Below are positions 11,113 to 23,158 of a stretch of DNA of 64,000 nt, in pieces. Source of the DNA: Octopus sinensis (taxonomy: Eukaryota); assembly GCF_006345805.1 (NCBI RefSeq), contig NC_043002.1, forward strand, positions 56,296,001 through 56,360,000. Direction: 5' to 3'. Position 1 is the stretch's first letter, and each line of letters begins with the position of its first letter. The notes beneath the pieces were generated by a model. It ran no database searches and had not been told where the DNA came from. It saw only the letters and a list, made by a program, of their open reading frames with translations. The translations under genes were made by a program, and so were the position numbers.

Positions 11113-13568
11113 AAGCTTACTTTATTGATGTTGTTAGTGTCCAGAGAGCTGGTTGTTAGATGTCTGTTTTCTATGCTGGCATGTGTTGGATGCAATGAGC
11201 CAAAGAACTGTACCAGGCCTCATTATCTTCTATGACTGGATGTCCTTCCTAATGCCAACCACTTTACAGAGTGTACTAGGTGCTTTCTATGCGACATCAG
11301 TACCAACAGGGTTGCCAAGTAACTTGCAAGATGATTGTAAATGAGAATTACTATCATGCAAGCAATTTCCAGTCTACTATGAAATGCATCTGGTCATCAA
11401 GAATGATAACTCTGCTTGGAAACAGGTATGAGTTGATAACAAAGAAAAGCATCTGGCTATAGAAAATCTGCCAACTAATTCCATTTAATCTAGACAAGCA
11501 CAGAAAAGTGGACATTAAAATGATAACTACTATTTTAACCCTATCATGCCGTGTCCCTGTTGTAACAGGAATAGCTTAAATGTCATCACCAGTAGGTTCC
11601 TGCTTGAGTAGTAATTTAACAACACATGTACAAAAATAAAAGACAAAATACTAGAAACAGACAACTGACAATGTTGCAAATTTGTGGTGAAGTGTATTTA
11701 CAATTCCTTGTTAATAGTTTTCCCCCATAGCTGTTGCTTACTTTGCTTTTAATTATTTAAAAAGTGGGTGTGACGAACCCAGCACTTTGAAGTTGAGAAA
11801 ATTATTGATATTTATTCTTTGGACAAAGAGTTTAAACTTATGCCAGCAATGAGAGTGAATTGGGCAATCAAATTGGTGAAAGTGATGAGGAAATTAGCAC
11901 GACCAAACATGGTTATTGAGAGATATGCCTATTATTGTTATTTCCCAGAAATTTTTTTTTGTCATTCTGTTCACTATTTTGCCTGCAATTGTTTTTCTTG
12001 AGCTGTGTACGCAATTACATATTTTTTTGCTCAGGAGCCCAGGCAGAGGGAAGTCAGTAACAGGGGCCCCAAGTCTGAGAGGATTCATGAGTGCTTACAC
12101 TAACACACAAATAGGATGGAAGGAGTATAACTGACCCCAGTACAGGAACAGTCATTTATTTCATTGAGCCCCCTTCCCCACCACAAAACACTGAAAGTAT
12201 TCAGTCTGATTCCTACCAATTCTGTTACTCTCTTAATAATAATAACAGCTTGAAATTCTGGTACAAAGCCAGCAATTTTAGTGGGGAGTGTTATTCAATT
12301 ACATCGGCCCCAGTGCTCAAAGGGTCAAACTTAGAACGTTAGAATTCCAAAGAAATGTCGCTGAGCATTTTGACCAATTGCTGCCATAACAATCCTAATA
12401 ACCTTTTCTGTTAGGACAAAAGGCAAAAGCTGGCTGTGGTGGAATCTGAAGAAATGATGCTAAGTACTTATTTAATCGACCGCGAAAGGATGAAAGGCAA
12501 AATCCACCTCGGCGGAATAAATAATAACAATTTCTAACATTCAAACACGTCATTAATTTGTAAAGAAAGGATCTTGGCTGTTACATTTTATCGATTCTGA
12601 AGAATCGAAGACAAACTAGAATGGACAAGGATATAACTAAAAACCATGTTTTTATTTCCATCAATTTCACTTCATTTTCAAGTTAATTTAAATTGTGTTC
12701 CTGTTTGTAAACCCTCCGTTTTTCCTAAAGTACAACTAACTCCGTTATCAAACAATGTATTTATCTCTTTATCTTTCTTTTTTTTTTACGATGCAGAATT
12801 TATTAAAATGGTTTCTCGGTCACTTTCATAAATGTTCGCCCAAGTTGTCTCCCTTCAATTATTTAAACTCCAACACTTATTTTACTATTTCGATAATTAT
12901 TTACCAGGATTGTCTCTATAGGGCAGATCCTCGTGGCCTTACAATACAAATTTTAATTACATGAAAAAATTTACGAGTGGGAGAAAAAAGAAAACAAGCA
13001 GATTTTTTAATGTTTCACTATTCGTTATGAAGAACATTCTTTGACTTTCGCTACGTTTTTTCTCGAAATTTTTGTGACAAAATACCTGTACAATACTAAA
13101 AATTTTAAGTAGATTGGGAGAACAGGTAGATAGTAGCAATCAGTTGTGCTCCTTCGTGTTCACATCCTACAGGCGTCAACTTTGCCTTTCATACTTACAA
13201 GGTTAATAAAAATAAAATATAAAAGAAAAAAATAACAAGCACCGGTCAACATTACCCTTCTCCCGAAATTCGAGTTTAATGTTTTACGCCAGAAATTAAT
13301 ATTTCAAGAATATCTTTTATTCTTTTCTTGCTTCAGTCATAAGACTGCGGCCACGCTGGGGCATTGTCTTGTAGTATCTTTAGTCGAATGAATTGACCCT
13401 AGTACTTGGTTTTAGCTTGAATCGCTGTTACGTGGACATAAGCATAACAGCAGTGGTTGTCAAGAAGTGGTGGGGGAAACACGCACACGGCGGGCTTTTT
13501 TCAGTTTCTGTTTACCAAATCCATTCACAATGTTTTGGTCGACCCGAAACTACAAGTAGAAGGCATTA

Positions 13569-14102
13569 TCATGCTTTTAGCTGTCAGAAGTGAAAGTCAT
13601 CAACTTCGTGTATTTACGTCAGGTTTATACCTTCGTTAATTTACGCCGTTTATTTACGTACCACCACGCTGTTAGGTTTATAAAACAATTGAAGTTCAGT
13701 TTAAAGTGTGTATATGTGGCTATATGTCTGACTAATGTGTGTGTGTCTGTATTTATTGTATGTGTGTATAAGTAGTTATATGCGGCGATCTTTCGTTTGT
13801 AGTAAGATCGCCGTTATATGCTTATATTATCCATTATAGTAATATTTGTCTGTTGAAATCCGTTTTAAGGCGGTCAATAGTTTAATTAAAGATGTGTCTA
13901 TATATGTATATATATATATATATATATATACATGTGTATACATTACACATGTATATATACACATGTGTATACATTACACATGTATATATACACATGTGTA
14001 TACATTACACATGTATATATATAAATATATATATATATATACATGTGTATACATTACACATGTATATATACACATGTGTATACATTACACATGTATATAT
14101 AT

Positions 14103-14149
<47 letters not shown>

Positions 14150-14476
14150 AGACACATCTTTAATTAAACTATTGACCGCCTTAAAACGGATTTCAACAGA
14201 CAAATATTACTATAATGGATAAGCATATAACGGCGATCTTACTACAAACGAAAGATCGCCGCATATAACTACTTATACACACATACAATAAATACAGACA
14301 CACACACATTAGTCAGACATATAGCCACATATACACACTTTAAACTGAACTTCAATTGTTTTATAAACCTAACAGCGTGGTGGTACGTAAATAAACGGCG
14401 TAAATTAACGAAGGTATAAACCTGACGTAAATACACGAAGTTGACGACTTTCACTTCTGACAGCTAAAAAGCATGA
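13569..14476. repeat. Long fold-back (inverted repeat) element with ~335-bp arms, inserted into a SINE
   Basis: 13569-13908 is the reverse complement of 14141-14476, with ~2 substitutions and 2 small indels. The same 61-aa pseudo-ORF appears on both strands (13590-13775 + and 14269-14454 -). The flanks rejoin as one SINE. Confidence 0.95.
13931..14100. repeat. 31-bp minisatellite (CATGTGTATACATTACACATGTATATATACA) x5 within TA repeats
   Basis: Units start at 13931, 13962, 13993, 14042 and 14073. Each contains the CATGTGTA/TACACATG inverted pair. Confidence 0.9.
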
Positions 14477-16119
14477 CAGTGCCCAAAGAGCCACGCTGTG
14501 GGACTAAACCTAGAACCATGAGGTTGGGAAGTAAAACTCTTACCACACAGCCACGCCTCAGACCAACATAACACACCATGCTGGAAGCACATTTCTTTTA
14601 TTAATTTAAATGGATGCAGGTCACTAAGTTGGTTTCAAATATTGAGAAATATTTGTGATTAATAGATGCCCTTCCTTAACAATGGCCCATCAGCTTCAGA
14701 AGTCTTCCAGGGTTGCTTGGCCTGTATCCCAATCCAGTTCCACAAACTTGCACCCACTCAATTATTTCTCTTTGTCTGGTGATTATTTTATCACTTTAAT
14801 AAGGTGGATACAGACATTAACCCATTGCCAATCATGAGCCCCATTTAAAGATCTACTAAAAACAGTCTCAATGCTGGTTGTTCATTCTATTTAAAGTGAA
14901 TTGCTTATGTACATTTTATTTGCAGAGGTGTGTTTAACGAGATTTAGTAATTAAAGTTTGTCTTTATTAGCTCTGGCTAATTCTAGAGGACATTTTATGT
15001 CATAAATCGCAATTTTTGAACTACGAAAAAATATTGACTATTTTAAAAACGTCATTTTTTTTTTTTTTTTTTTTGCATTTCCCATCCATATAAATTCATT
15101 GATATTTCATACACATTCGTATTTGATACTATAGTTTCAAAAAAAAATTAAATGTTTATTATTGCAATTGAATAGAAAAGGATAAATATGCTTCTTCTCA
15201 GCGATCCCCATTTGGGAATTTACGGAAAAAATTTATCAGGGTTTCCAAAATAATTCACATATGAAGAAAATTTAAATACTATATATTATTTTATCTCCTA
15301 AGACACCTGGCAAAGCCAAAAAATATGAATAAAAACCGGTTAAGATGGAGGTCCCTGTTATCTCCCTTTTTTTGGTAAACCATACTGGAGACCAGTTTTA
15401 TATAATGTACCAGAGCTGTACAGTCACTATATTGATTACGTTGGTGCCAATTTTCTCGCAGATCAACTGCTTCAGCCTCTAAGAACAGCATAACCTCTAC
15501 TATAGCCAACATTTCAGCCAGCCTCTCGGTATCTGTCACCATCAACACCATGCCCACCTCCACATTACTATGCATCCACTAATTCCCAACTCCTACCTCC
15601 AACACACACATTAACCCAATATTTTTTTTAATATCAACTCATACGAGCGCTATAAATCCGGTGAGGTATGGCTGTTTAATAAGAAGCTTGCTTCCCAACG
15701 ACATGGTTCCAGGTTCAGTCCCACGACTGGCACCTCGGGTAAGTGTCTTCCACTATAGCCTTGGGCCGACCAAAGCTTTATGAGTGGATTTAGTAGACGG
15801 AAACTGAAAGCCCTACTCGACAGGCGGTGTTAATATGTTTATGTCACCGGCACTCGGCGGTTCGGCAAAACAGACGGATACAAGTACAAGTAAAAAAAAA
15901 AAAAAAAAGATACTGGGGTCGACTCATTAGACTAAAAATTCGAGGCGGTGCCCCAGCATGGCCGCAGTCTAATAACAAACAAATGATAAGATAAGAAATG
16001 CAGCACTTCTTCAATCGTAGTCATGTCAGTTCTGTTGTGGATTCCACCTTCCACTGAAATAGAACCATCGACCTTGCAAACGAAATATATTTTATTTAAC
16101 TTTCCACACGACCACACAA

Positions 16120-16775
16120 CTAAAATACTCCTCTGTTATCGTCTGCTTTCTGAGACGGAAACATCCATTAGAAATTCACTGGCTCCAACATGTTTACACA
16201 ATTGTCTCTTCATATCAAGCACCATAAGCAATCTGAAATCCCAGAATGTATGAGAAGTATGTATGGCAAAGCCATTCTGGCACCACTGAACAGTAATTCA
16301 ACACCGACCTATCAGAACGTTTTAATTTACTCTCGCCCCCCCCTCTCTCTCCCTCTCTACCTGTATATGATGTCTCAAGCGCAAAAAAGTGCTGTCAAAA
16401 CAGACCAATCATTAGCAGCGCCCATTTGTCTCATTTCAAAACCTAGTACTTATGCACTCTGAAGATTTTAACGGAATATCTGCCAACCTTTTCTACTTCA
16501 TTACTTGCAATTTTTGCAATGCATTCTACATAGGAGAAACGGGATGCCATTCAGGTGACTTGTTTTCTCAAACCTGGCATTTCCCACAGAACGCAAGAGT
16601 AGGCTTGGGGCCCGACATTTCAAATTACTTGGCCACTCTGTTGATCATCTGTCAGTGTCTGGGAGTTTCTCAACACCATGCTAGCCCATATTCCTGCAAA
16701 CATGAAGAGAAGTGAAAAGTCTTCCTGTTTGGTACTGATTCACCCATAGACCTTAATGAACAAATTCTCCTTTTC
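16120..16775 (+). mobile_element. Penelope-like element remnant (GIY-YIG endonuclease region)
   Basis: NLFYFITCNFCNAFYIGETG (16485-16544), plus downstream FLFGTDSPIDLN resembling the PLE terminal LGTxxPxGLN motif. Degenerate. Confidence 0.75.
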
Positions 16776-17383
16776 ATAAAAAATCATCATCTCCCCCACT
16801 ATCAGATAATTTTATTCCAGTCACTGATCAACGAACAAGATTTCCTTCTTACTCTCTAATATTCTACCGGCACAAAGCTCCCCCTCCCCCCACTCAATAC
16901 TACCTTACCTCCCAGCTAAGCTGTTTTGCCTTGCAAGTTGCTTGGGTGACCTTGTCGGTCCTAGTGCTACATAAAAAGTACCCAGTACGTTCTGTAAAGT
17001 GGCTGGCGTAAGCAAAGGAATCCAGCTGTAGAAACCATATCAAAACAGACAACTGGAGCCTGGTGCAGGCTCCCGGGCTTAGCAGCGCCTGCCAAACCAT
17101 CCAACTCCTGCCAGTATGGGAAATGGATGTAGAATGAGAATGGTGGTGGTCAATATCTCCTCCTCCACGCACACCAGATTTTAGCACTGTCATCGAACTC
17201 TAGCAGAATGTCTATAAAACTTTATTTCTTTAACACACACTAAACATTGCCACTTGTCTGTTGGCTTCTAGTGACATACCCATACAATTATATTCACTAT
17301 AAACCCAGGCATAGCTGTATGGTTAAGAAACTTGCCTCTCAAGCATATGATCTCAGGTTTAGCCCCACTGCACAGCACCTTAA

Positions 17384-17560
17384 ACCTTTAAGTATTTAAA
17401 CTGGTCAAATCTGGGCCCTCACACCTACCCTACAATGTCATTCTAAAAATAAACTACCACATCATCAAACTCTTGAAGCTACAAAATAATGCAGGATTAA
17501 TTCAAAACAATGTGAATAAATAAGGATTACATTTGACAGAATAATCTGAATGCTAAAGGG
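17384..17560 (+). mobile_element. TTAA-flanked MITE family B (further copies at ~10130-10390, 24330-24500, 26136-26355, 28483-28710, 53420-53610, 55080-55235, 59100-59280)
   Basis: Shared core CACACCTACCCTACAATGTCATTCTAAAAATAAAC...GAATAATCTGAATGCTAAAGGGTTAA with CCCTTTA/TAAAGGG termini. Confidence 0.8.
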
Positions 17561-17782
17561 TTAAGCAAGGTCCTTCTACTACTAAAGCCTCGTGAGTGCA
17601 TTTGTTAAATAGAAACTGAAAGAAGCCCATCATACATAGAGATAGATAGACGTGTGTGCGTATAACCATGTCTTGACATCATGTAATAATTCCAAAGAAG
17701 CATCATTATAATACAAGTGGCATTGTTCATCTCCAGTGTTCCATGAAAACATGTCTGACAATGGGGAAATATTACCTTACTT

Positions 17783-18104
17783 CAGTGGTTCTCAGCTGGG
17801 GCCTGTATAACCCCCGGGTGTCCACACAAGCAAAGTAGTAAAATGGGAATCCACAGTCGTATATTAAGGGTTACAAAAAATTTTTGCTTGGATGTATTTA
17901 TAGCAAGAAACAGGTTTCTTTCTCTAATGTCTTACACAGTCCAACCTACACAAGTTAATGCTTGAAAAACAAAATAAGAATTTTGAAAATAAAAAAGAAT
18001 CTATAAAACTAATTTTTAGACATTGAATGGCTATGGGTGTCCACCAGAATAAAGTATTCATCAGGGGGGGGGGGTCCTAAGATAAAAAAGGTCGAGAACC
18101 ACTG
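17783..18104 (+). mobile_element. hAT-type MITE
   Basis: TIRs CAGTGGTTCTC / GAGAACCACTG and 8-bp TSD CCTTACTT / CCTTATTT (7/8 match). Confidence 0.85.
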
Positions 18105-18454
18105 CCTTATTTTTGTTGGTGACAGAAAGAGCATACTCATACAGAAAATCAGTCTCAACAAATTCCAGCTGCACCATGAAAGATGAAAAACTAGATGCTA
18201 AAACGATGAGTAAATGTGACTGTCTCCTTGCCTTGATATTGCGTGATGGTTGCAAATGATTGTCGGCCATGGAGAAGTATTATCTTGCTAGGAAACAGAT
18301 AAAAGTTGGCAACAGAAAGGGTATCTGGCCATAGAAAATCTGCCTCAATAAAATCCATCTGCCATGATAGCATGGAAATATGGACATTTAAGCAATGATA
18401 AATTAAAAATGGAACTTAAGTTGTGCATAAAGGGAAAAGAAATTTACAACCACC

Positions 18455-18600
18455 CATCTACCTTCAATGCAGATAATTTTTTAGATTTAAGAAAACAGGA
18501 AATGTTGCTGATACAAAAACATCTAGGAAATTACAATCAAGATGGAATGAAAACACTCATGAAAATGTTGACAAATGTTACGGTAATTCATTTGAGTTTA
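18455..18600 (+). mobile_element. Possible Tc1/mariner transposase N-terminal remnant
   Basis: RFKKTGNVADTKTSRKLQSRWNENTHENVDK resembles the mariner KF.ETGSV.D..RSGRP..EN HTH linker. Short and degenerate. Confidence 0.4.
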
Positions 18601-18635
18601 ATTAGTAGAAATGCTAATTGGTTCAAACTCCTTTT

Positions 18636-18710
18636 ATTGTCAGTCTGTTGTTAATCTCTCATCATATAATGGCGTCTGTCAAACCAACTTTTCCTTTCAT
18701 CATTAACTGG
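18636..18710 (-). ncRNA. Candidate intronic box C/D snoRNA
   Basis: C ATGATGA (18703-18697), 18 nt, D' CAGA, 9 nt, C' ATGATGA, 15 nt, D CTGA (18643-18640). Same strand as the host intron. The terminal stem is weak and no target was identified. Confidence 0.28.
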
Positions 18711-19572
18711 AAAATGCATCAAACTTGAGGTCTGACTCTTGAAAATATATAATTTTTTATACAAACTTGTTACAAGTTCAAATATGCTTGAAGCATATTC
18801 AATCTTGTAAGAAAGCAATTCACAGTATTTTGTTATGGAGAAAACTCCTCAGCTCAGAGTGCCCCCTAATCAGACTGTGGGGTGCAGGTATTTCAGAGTG
18901 GTATCTCTTCTTCAGCCACAGAGGCCAGAAAAGCAGACGCTGCAAACTGGCACAAGGGACAGGTCCTTCTTATGATGTTCCGACCATTGTTAAAAGACCA
19001 GTTGCACTATACAACGGCTCACCATAAAATATGGGTTGACAGCATTAAGCAGTGATGCATACAAATACAAACTTGGTGCCAGACTAAGCTCGCTTTTTAT
19101 AAGGAAGAATTTAACAGGGACCTTTGAAGCTTCAGATTGCATCACTTCAGATAGTTTGATGAAGGCAAGTAAACTGAAATGTCAAAGTCAGTCAACTTTT
19201 TTGTAAAAGTTAATATGGCCGCTACTAAAGAGTACAAAGTAATCCTTCATATTAATCCATGGATCCAGCAAATACATTTTATCAAGACATTGTTTTAAAG
19301 GCAGAAATCCATCCTGTTTCTAACTTGTTTGTATGTAAGAGAGGTTTCTTTCCACTTGTCTTTAGAGCAACTAAATGATGGACTTGCAGAGAACATCAAT
19401 AAACATCAAAAGTCTGTAGGTTCTGCAATGCAAAGCACTGAATGTCAGCATACACACACACACTCACAATTACAGGCTTAGTATAGTTTCTGTCCACAAA
19501 ATGCCAAAGCATTCATCAGCCAGAACATTTGGCTGATATCCTAGCATGGCTGTGGTCTAATGATTGAAGAAA

Positions 19573-19810
19573 TAAGGTGGCGAGCTGGCAAAATTGTTAG
19601 CACACTGGGCAAAATGCTTAGCGGTATTTTGGCTTCCATTACGTTCTGAGTTCAAATTCCGCCAAGGTCGACTTTGCCTTTCATCCTTTCGGGGTCAATA
19701 AATTAAGTACGAGTTACGCACTGGGGTCGATGTAATCGACTTAATCCGTTTGTCTGCCCTTGTTTGTTCCTTCTGTGTTTAGCCCCTTGTGGGTAGTAAA
19801 GAAATAGATT
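19573..19810 (+). mobile_element. Second tRNA-derived SINE family (AAGGTGGCGAGCTGGC..GAGTTCAAATTCCGCC..GGGGTCGAT); also ~23900-24125 -, 31380-31550 -, 42985-43200 +
   Basis: A-box/B-box-like head with GAGTTCAAATTCC, and several diverged copies. Confidence 0.8.
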
Positions 19811-19867
19811 GAAGAAATAAGTAACCAGAAACCACATGGTTGTGAAGTCAACCCATTTATGTGCCAT

Positions 19868-20228
19868 TTGTTTCAGTCATTTGAATGCGGCCATGTTGGA
19901 GCAGCACCTTTAGTCGAGCAAATTGACCCCAGGAATTATTACTTGTAAACCTTGTACTTATTCTATCGGTCTTTTTTGCCGAACCACTAAGTTATAGGAT
20001 GTAAACACACCAGCATCGGTTGTCAAGCGATGATGGGGGAGACAAACAGACACACAAACATGCATATATATGAAAGGCTTCTTTCAGTTTCCATCTACCA
20101 AATTCCCTCACATGGCCTTGGTTGGCCAGAGGCTATAGTAGAAGACACTTGCCTAAGGTGCAATGCAGTGGGCCTGAATCCGCAACCATGTGGTTGGTAA
20201 GCAAGCCACTTACTACACAGCCACTCCT
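19868..20228 (-). mobile_element. Major tRNA-derived SINE, full length (similar copies at ~15660-15990 +, 24735-25060 +, 27575-27955 -, 48470-48850 -)
   Basis: Reverse complement of the family at 55783. Confidence 0.85.
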
Positions 20229-20874
20229 GTAATAAGTTCCAATATTTAAACAGTAACACAACAAATGAACAAACTGAAAATTCACACACAAGATGGATGT
20301 TGCTAATTATTCGTCAGTTATCATAATATAAATCACCATTTAACAGCTGTTTTCCATGCAGGCATGGGTTGGACAGTTTGGCAGGAGCTCATAAGTTTTA
20401 CAATCTGATCATTCCATGGCAAAACATTACCACACTTTCTTTCTTTTAACCTCTCTCCTTGCCATGTACACTGGATATCTACTTTCACTTTTAGCCACCT
20501 TATAGAGTTCCTCCTATAGATTCATGGCCCAGTGGTTGGGGTGTTGCACTGATAATCAATAGATCGTGGGTTTGACTCCTGGACCAGGTGACAAATTGTG
20601 TTCTTGAGCAAAACACTTCATTTCACATTGCCCCAGTCCATTAAGCTATAAATGTGTAACCCTGCTATGGAGTAGCTTTGCAGCTGAGGAGAATGTTGGC
20701 CTGCTTGTCTAGCCAGTAAGGTGGCATCTTTCAAAAGCTAAAACAATGCTAAGTGCATTGTGACCAGTGATGTATAACATTCAAAAGTTTGACCAATCAC
20801 ATGATATTGTTCCTTATTCCCCTCCTACTTTACTGCTAATCTTTCTAGGACTGTCTCTTAACTTTTACGAATCT

Positions 20875-21243
20875 GTAGTAAAGCTTGTTTGCCAACAACA
20901 TGGCAGTCCGGGTTTAGGATAAATGTTGCTGTAATTTAGCCCCAGGAGACATCATCTCCAGCTGGCTATATGACACGATCTGTGTCCTTATATTTTCGAA
21001 CAAGGAATTTGGCAGCGCTACCTCTAGCCGGGCAATTATTGTGCTGATGAAGAGAAATAACCCAGAAATTGCAATACACATCGTTTTGAGCTGAGTAGGG
21101 ATGCTGGATTCCCTTGTTTGAAAATATAACGACACAGATTGTGTCTTATAGCCGGCTGGAGACGATGTCTCCTGGAGCTAAACTACAGCAACATTAGTCC
21201 TAAACCAGGACTGCCATGTTATGTTGGCAAACAATCTTTACTC
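20875..21243. mobile_element. MITE with ~130-bp terminal inverted repeats
   Basis: 20875-21005 pairs with ~21110-21243 (GTAAAG.TTGTTTGCCAAC..GGCAGTCC..AGGAGACATC.TCTCCAGC.GGCTAT), clearly diverged. No TSD recognised. Confidence 0.8.
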
Positions 21244-22823
21244 CAAAGTACTGTTGCTGAATATCTCTCATTGTGAGATGTACAAATAGTAATTTTCTAA
21301 TTTTATGAATCTATTTACTGTTAACATTCCACCTCCATACTACCCTGACATCCTCCATCTGGTTGGCACCATGCTCATGCTCCGATCACTGATCTTACCT
21401 TCCCACCCTCCTCCTTCTGTATACATCTTGAACTTCTTTGAATCTACAGAGATATTTCAGGTTCATGCCTTTGTCATCTTCTCTAAATCATCATTTGTCT
21501 CTGGGTGTCACTGGCAGTGATGACTCCTTTTCAGTAGAATAGCAGTAACATTGAACTTATTACTATTTGCCAACCATCAGCATTTCACACATCTGCACAT
21601 AAGGATATTACTGCTCCCATCACTTTCTTTCTTTCCCTAGTGAAGGTGCATGGCTCACTGGTTAGGGTTTTCAGCTCACGATCATAACACTGAGTCCCAA
21701 TGACATGTGTCCTTGAGTAAGACACTACATTTCATGTTCCTCCAGTTGACTCAACTGGCAAAACTGTGGACCTGTAATACAAAGGGACAGCCTTGTCACA
21801 TTATATATCACACTGTATCTCCCTCAAAACTATGCTAAGGGCACATGTGTCTCTGAGTGCTAAGCCATTATCATCATTTAACATCCATTTCCTATGCTGG
21901 CATGGGTTGAGCAGTTTGACTGAGATTGGGAAAGCCAGCGGCTAGGATCCAATCTGATCTTGCAATGTTTCCACAGCTGGATGCACCAGCCACTCCGAGA
22001 GTGTAGTGGGTGCTTCTTAAGTGCCACTGGCACAGGAGAAATCAGGTGGACCTGGCATCGACCATGTTCAGATAGTGCTTTCTATGTGCCACTGGCACAG
22101 GAGCCAGTCAGGCAGACCGGGCATTGACCACATTTGGATGGTGCTTTTTATGTGCCACCAGCACAGAAGCCAGTCAGGGGGCACGATTTTGGTTTTACTT
22201 GACTCAACAGGTCTTCTCAAGCATATCATATTGCCCAACACATCAAAGATACTCTTAAATGGACCAGACATGCAACACTGGCATCGGCCATGGCTGTGAT
22301 CTTACTTTAGTTGCCAGATCTTCTCAATCACAGCATATTTCCCGACAATCGGATCAACAGGAACCTTTGTCATCATAACCAATGGAATGTCAGTTATCTC
22401 TCTCTTTTCAACATTTTTTCTATCACTCTCACTCTCTCTTTCTCCCCACCATGTTGCTGTGTCAATAAGGCAGAGGACAGCAGTCATGCAATCACTTTAT
22501 ACACAGTCACTGTTTGTTTAAGATCATGACCAAATTCACACACTCTAAATAAAAGATAGTTTGCTGATTTGCAGTAACAAGTTCAACACCACCCACATTC
22601 TATCCAGAGGGAGATTCGTTTTGACCTTTTCATGCAAGTTACTTGATGACCCTATAGTTGCTGGTTCCATGTAAAAATCACTAGTGCTGGTGCCATGTAA
22701 AGGGTACCCAGTACACACTGTAAAGTGATTGGTATTAGGAAGGGCATCCGGCTGTCTGATTTGCCAGCTCCTTGTCAAACTGTCAAACCCATGCTGCATG
22801 GAAAACAAACATTAAATGATGAT

Positions 22824-23158
22824 TAGTGGTTCTGGACTGCGGTCTACATAAGATTTTTTGGGTCCACACACCAAAATAGCACATTTAGGATCCACAATAA
22901 TGCTTTAAGAACCCTGGAAAAAAATTGTTTTAGATGTATTGGTATATATCACAAGAAACAACTGGGTTTCTTTCTCTAACATTTTACATAATTCAACCAA
23001 GACAAATGAATGTGTGAAAACCAAAATAGGAATTTTGGAAGAAGTTCTACAAAATTTTAAAAGCAGTTTCTTCAAACATTGAATGACTAGGGGAGGGTCC
23101 ACTGGAATAAAATAGTAATCAAAGGGGTCCATAGACAAAAAATAGTTGAGAACTCATG
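22824..23158 (+). mobile_element. hAT-type MITE, same family, older copy in (GAT)n
   Basis: Collinear with 17783-18104, with decayed TIRs TAGTGGTTCT / GAGAACTCATG. Confidence 0.7.

Noticed and set aside
11830-11910. Minus-strand ORF MFGRANFLITFTNLIAQFTLIAG resembling UBXN7 exon 1 (LIQQFTTITG)
   Set aside because: There is no GT donor at the required position, and a better exon 1 with ATG, canonical donor and promoter context exists at 38646-38709.
13590-14454. Two near-identical 61-aa ORFs on opposite strands, plus YI-rich ORFs
   Set aside because: Artefacts of the inverted repeat and the TA-rich minisatellite, with no protein signature.
19573-19680. tRNA-like A/B-box segments here and at ~52420-52490 and 55783-55850
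   Set aside because: These are heads of multi-copy SINEs; no complete cloverleaf was seen.
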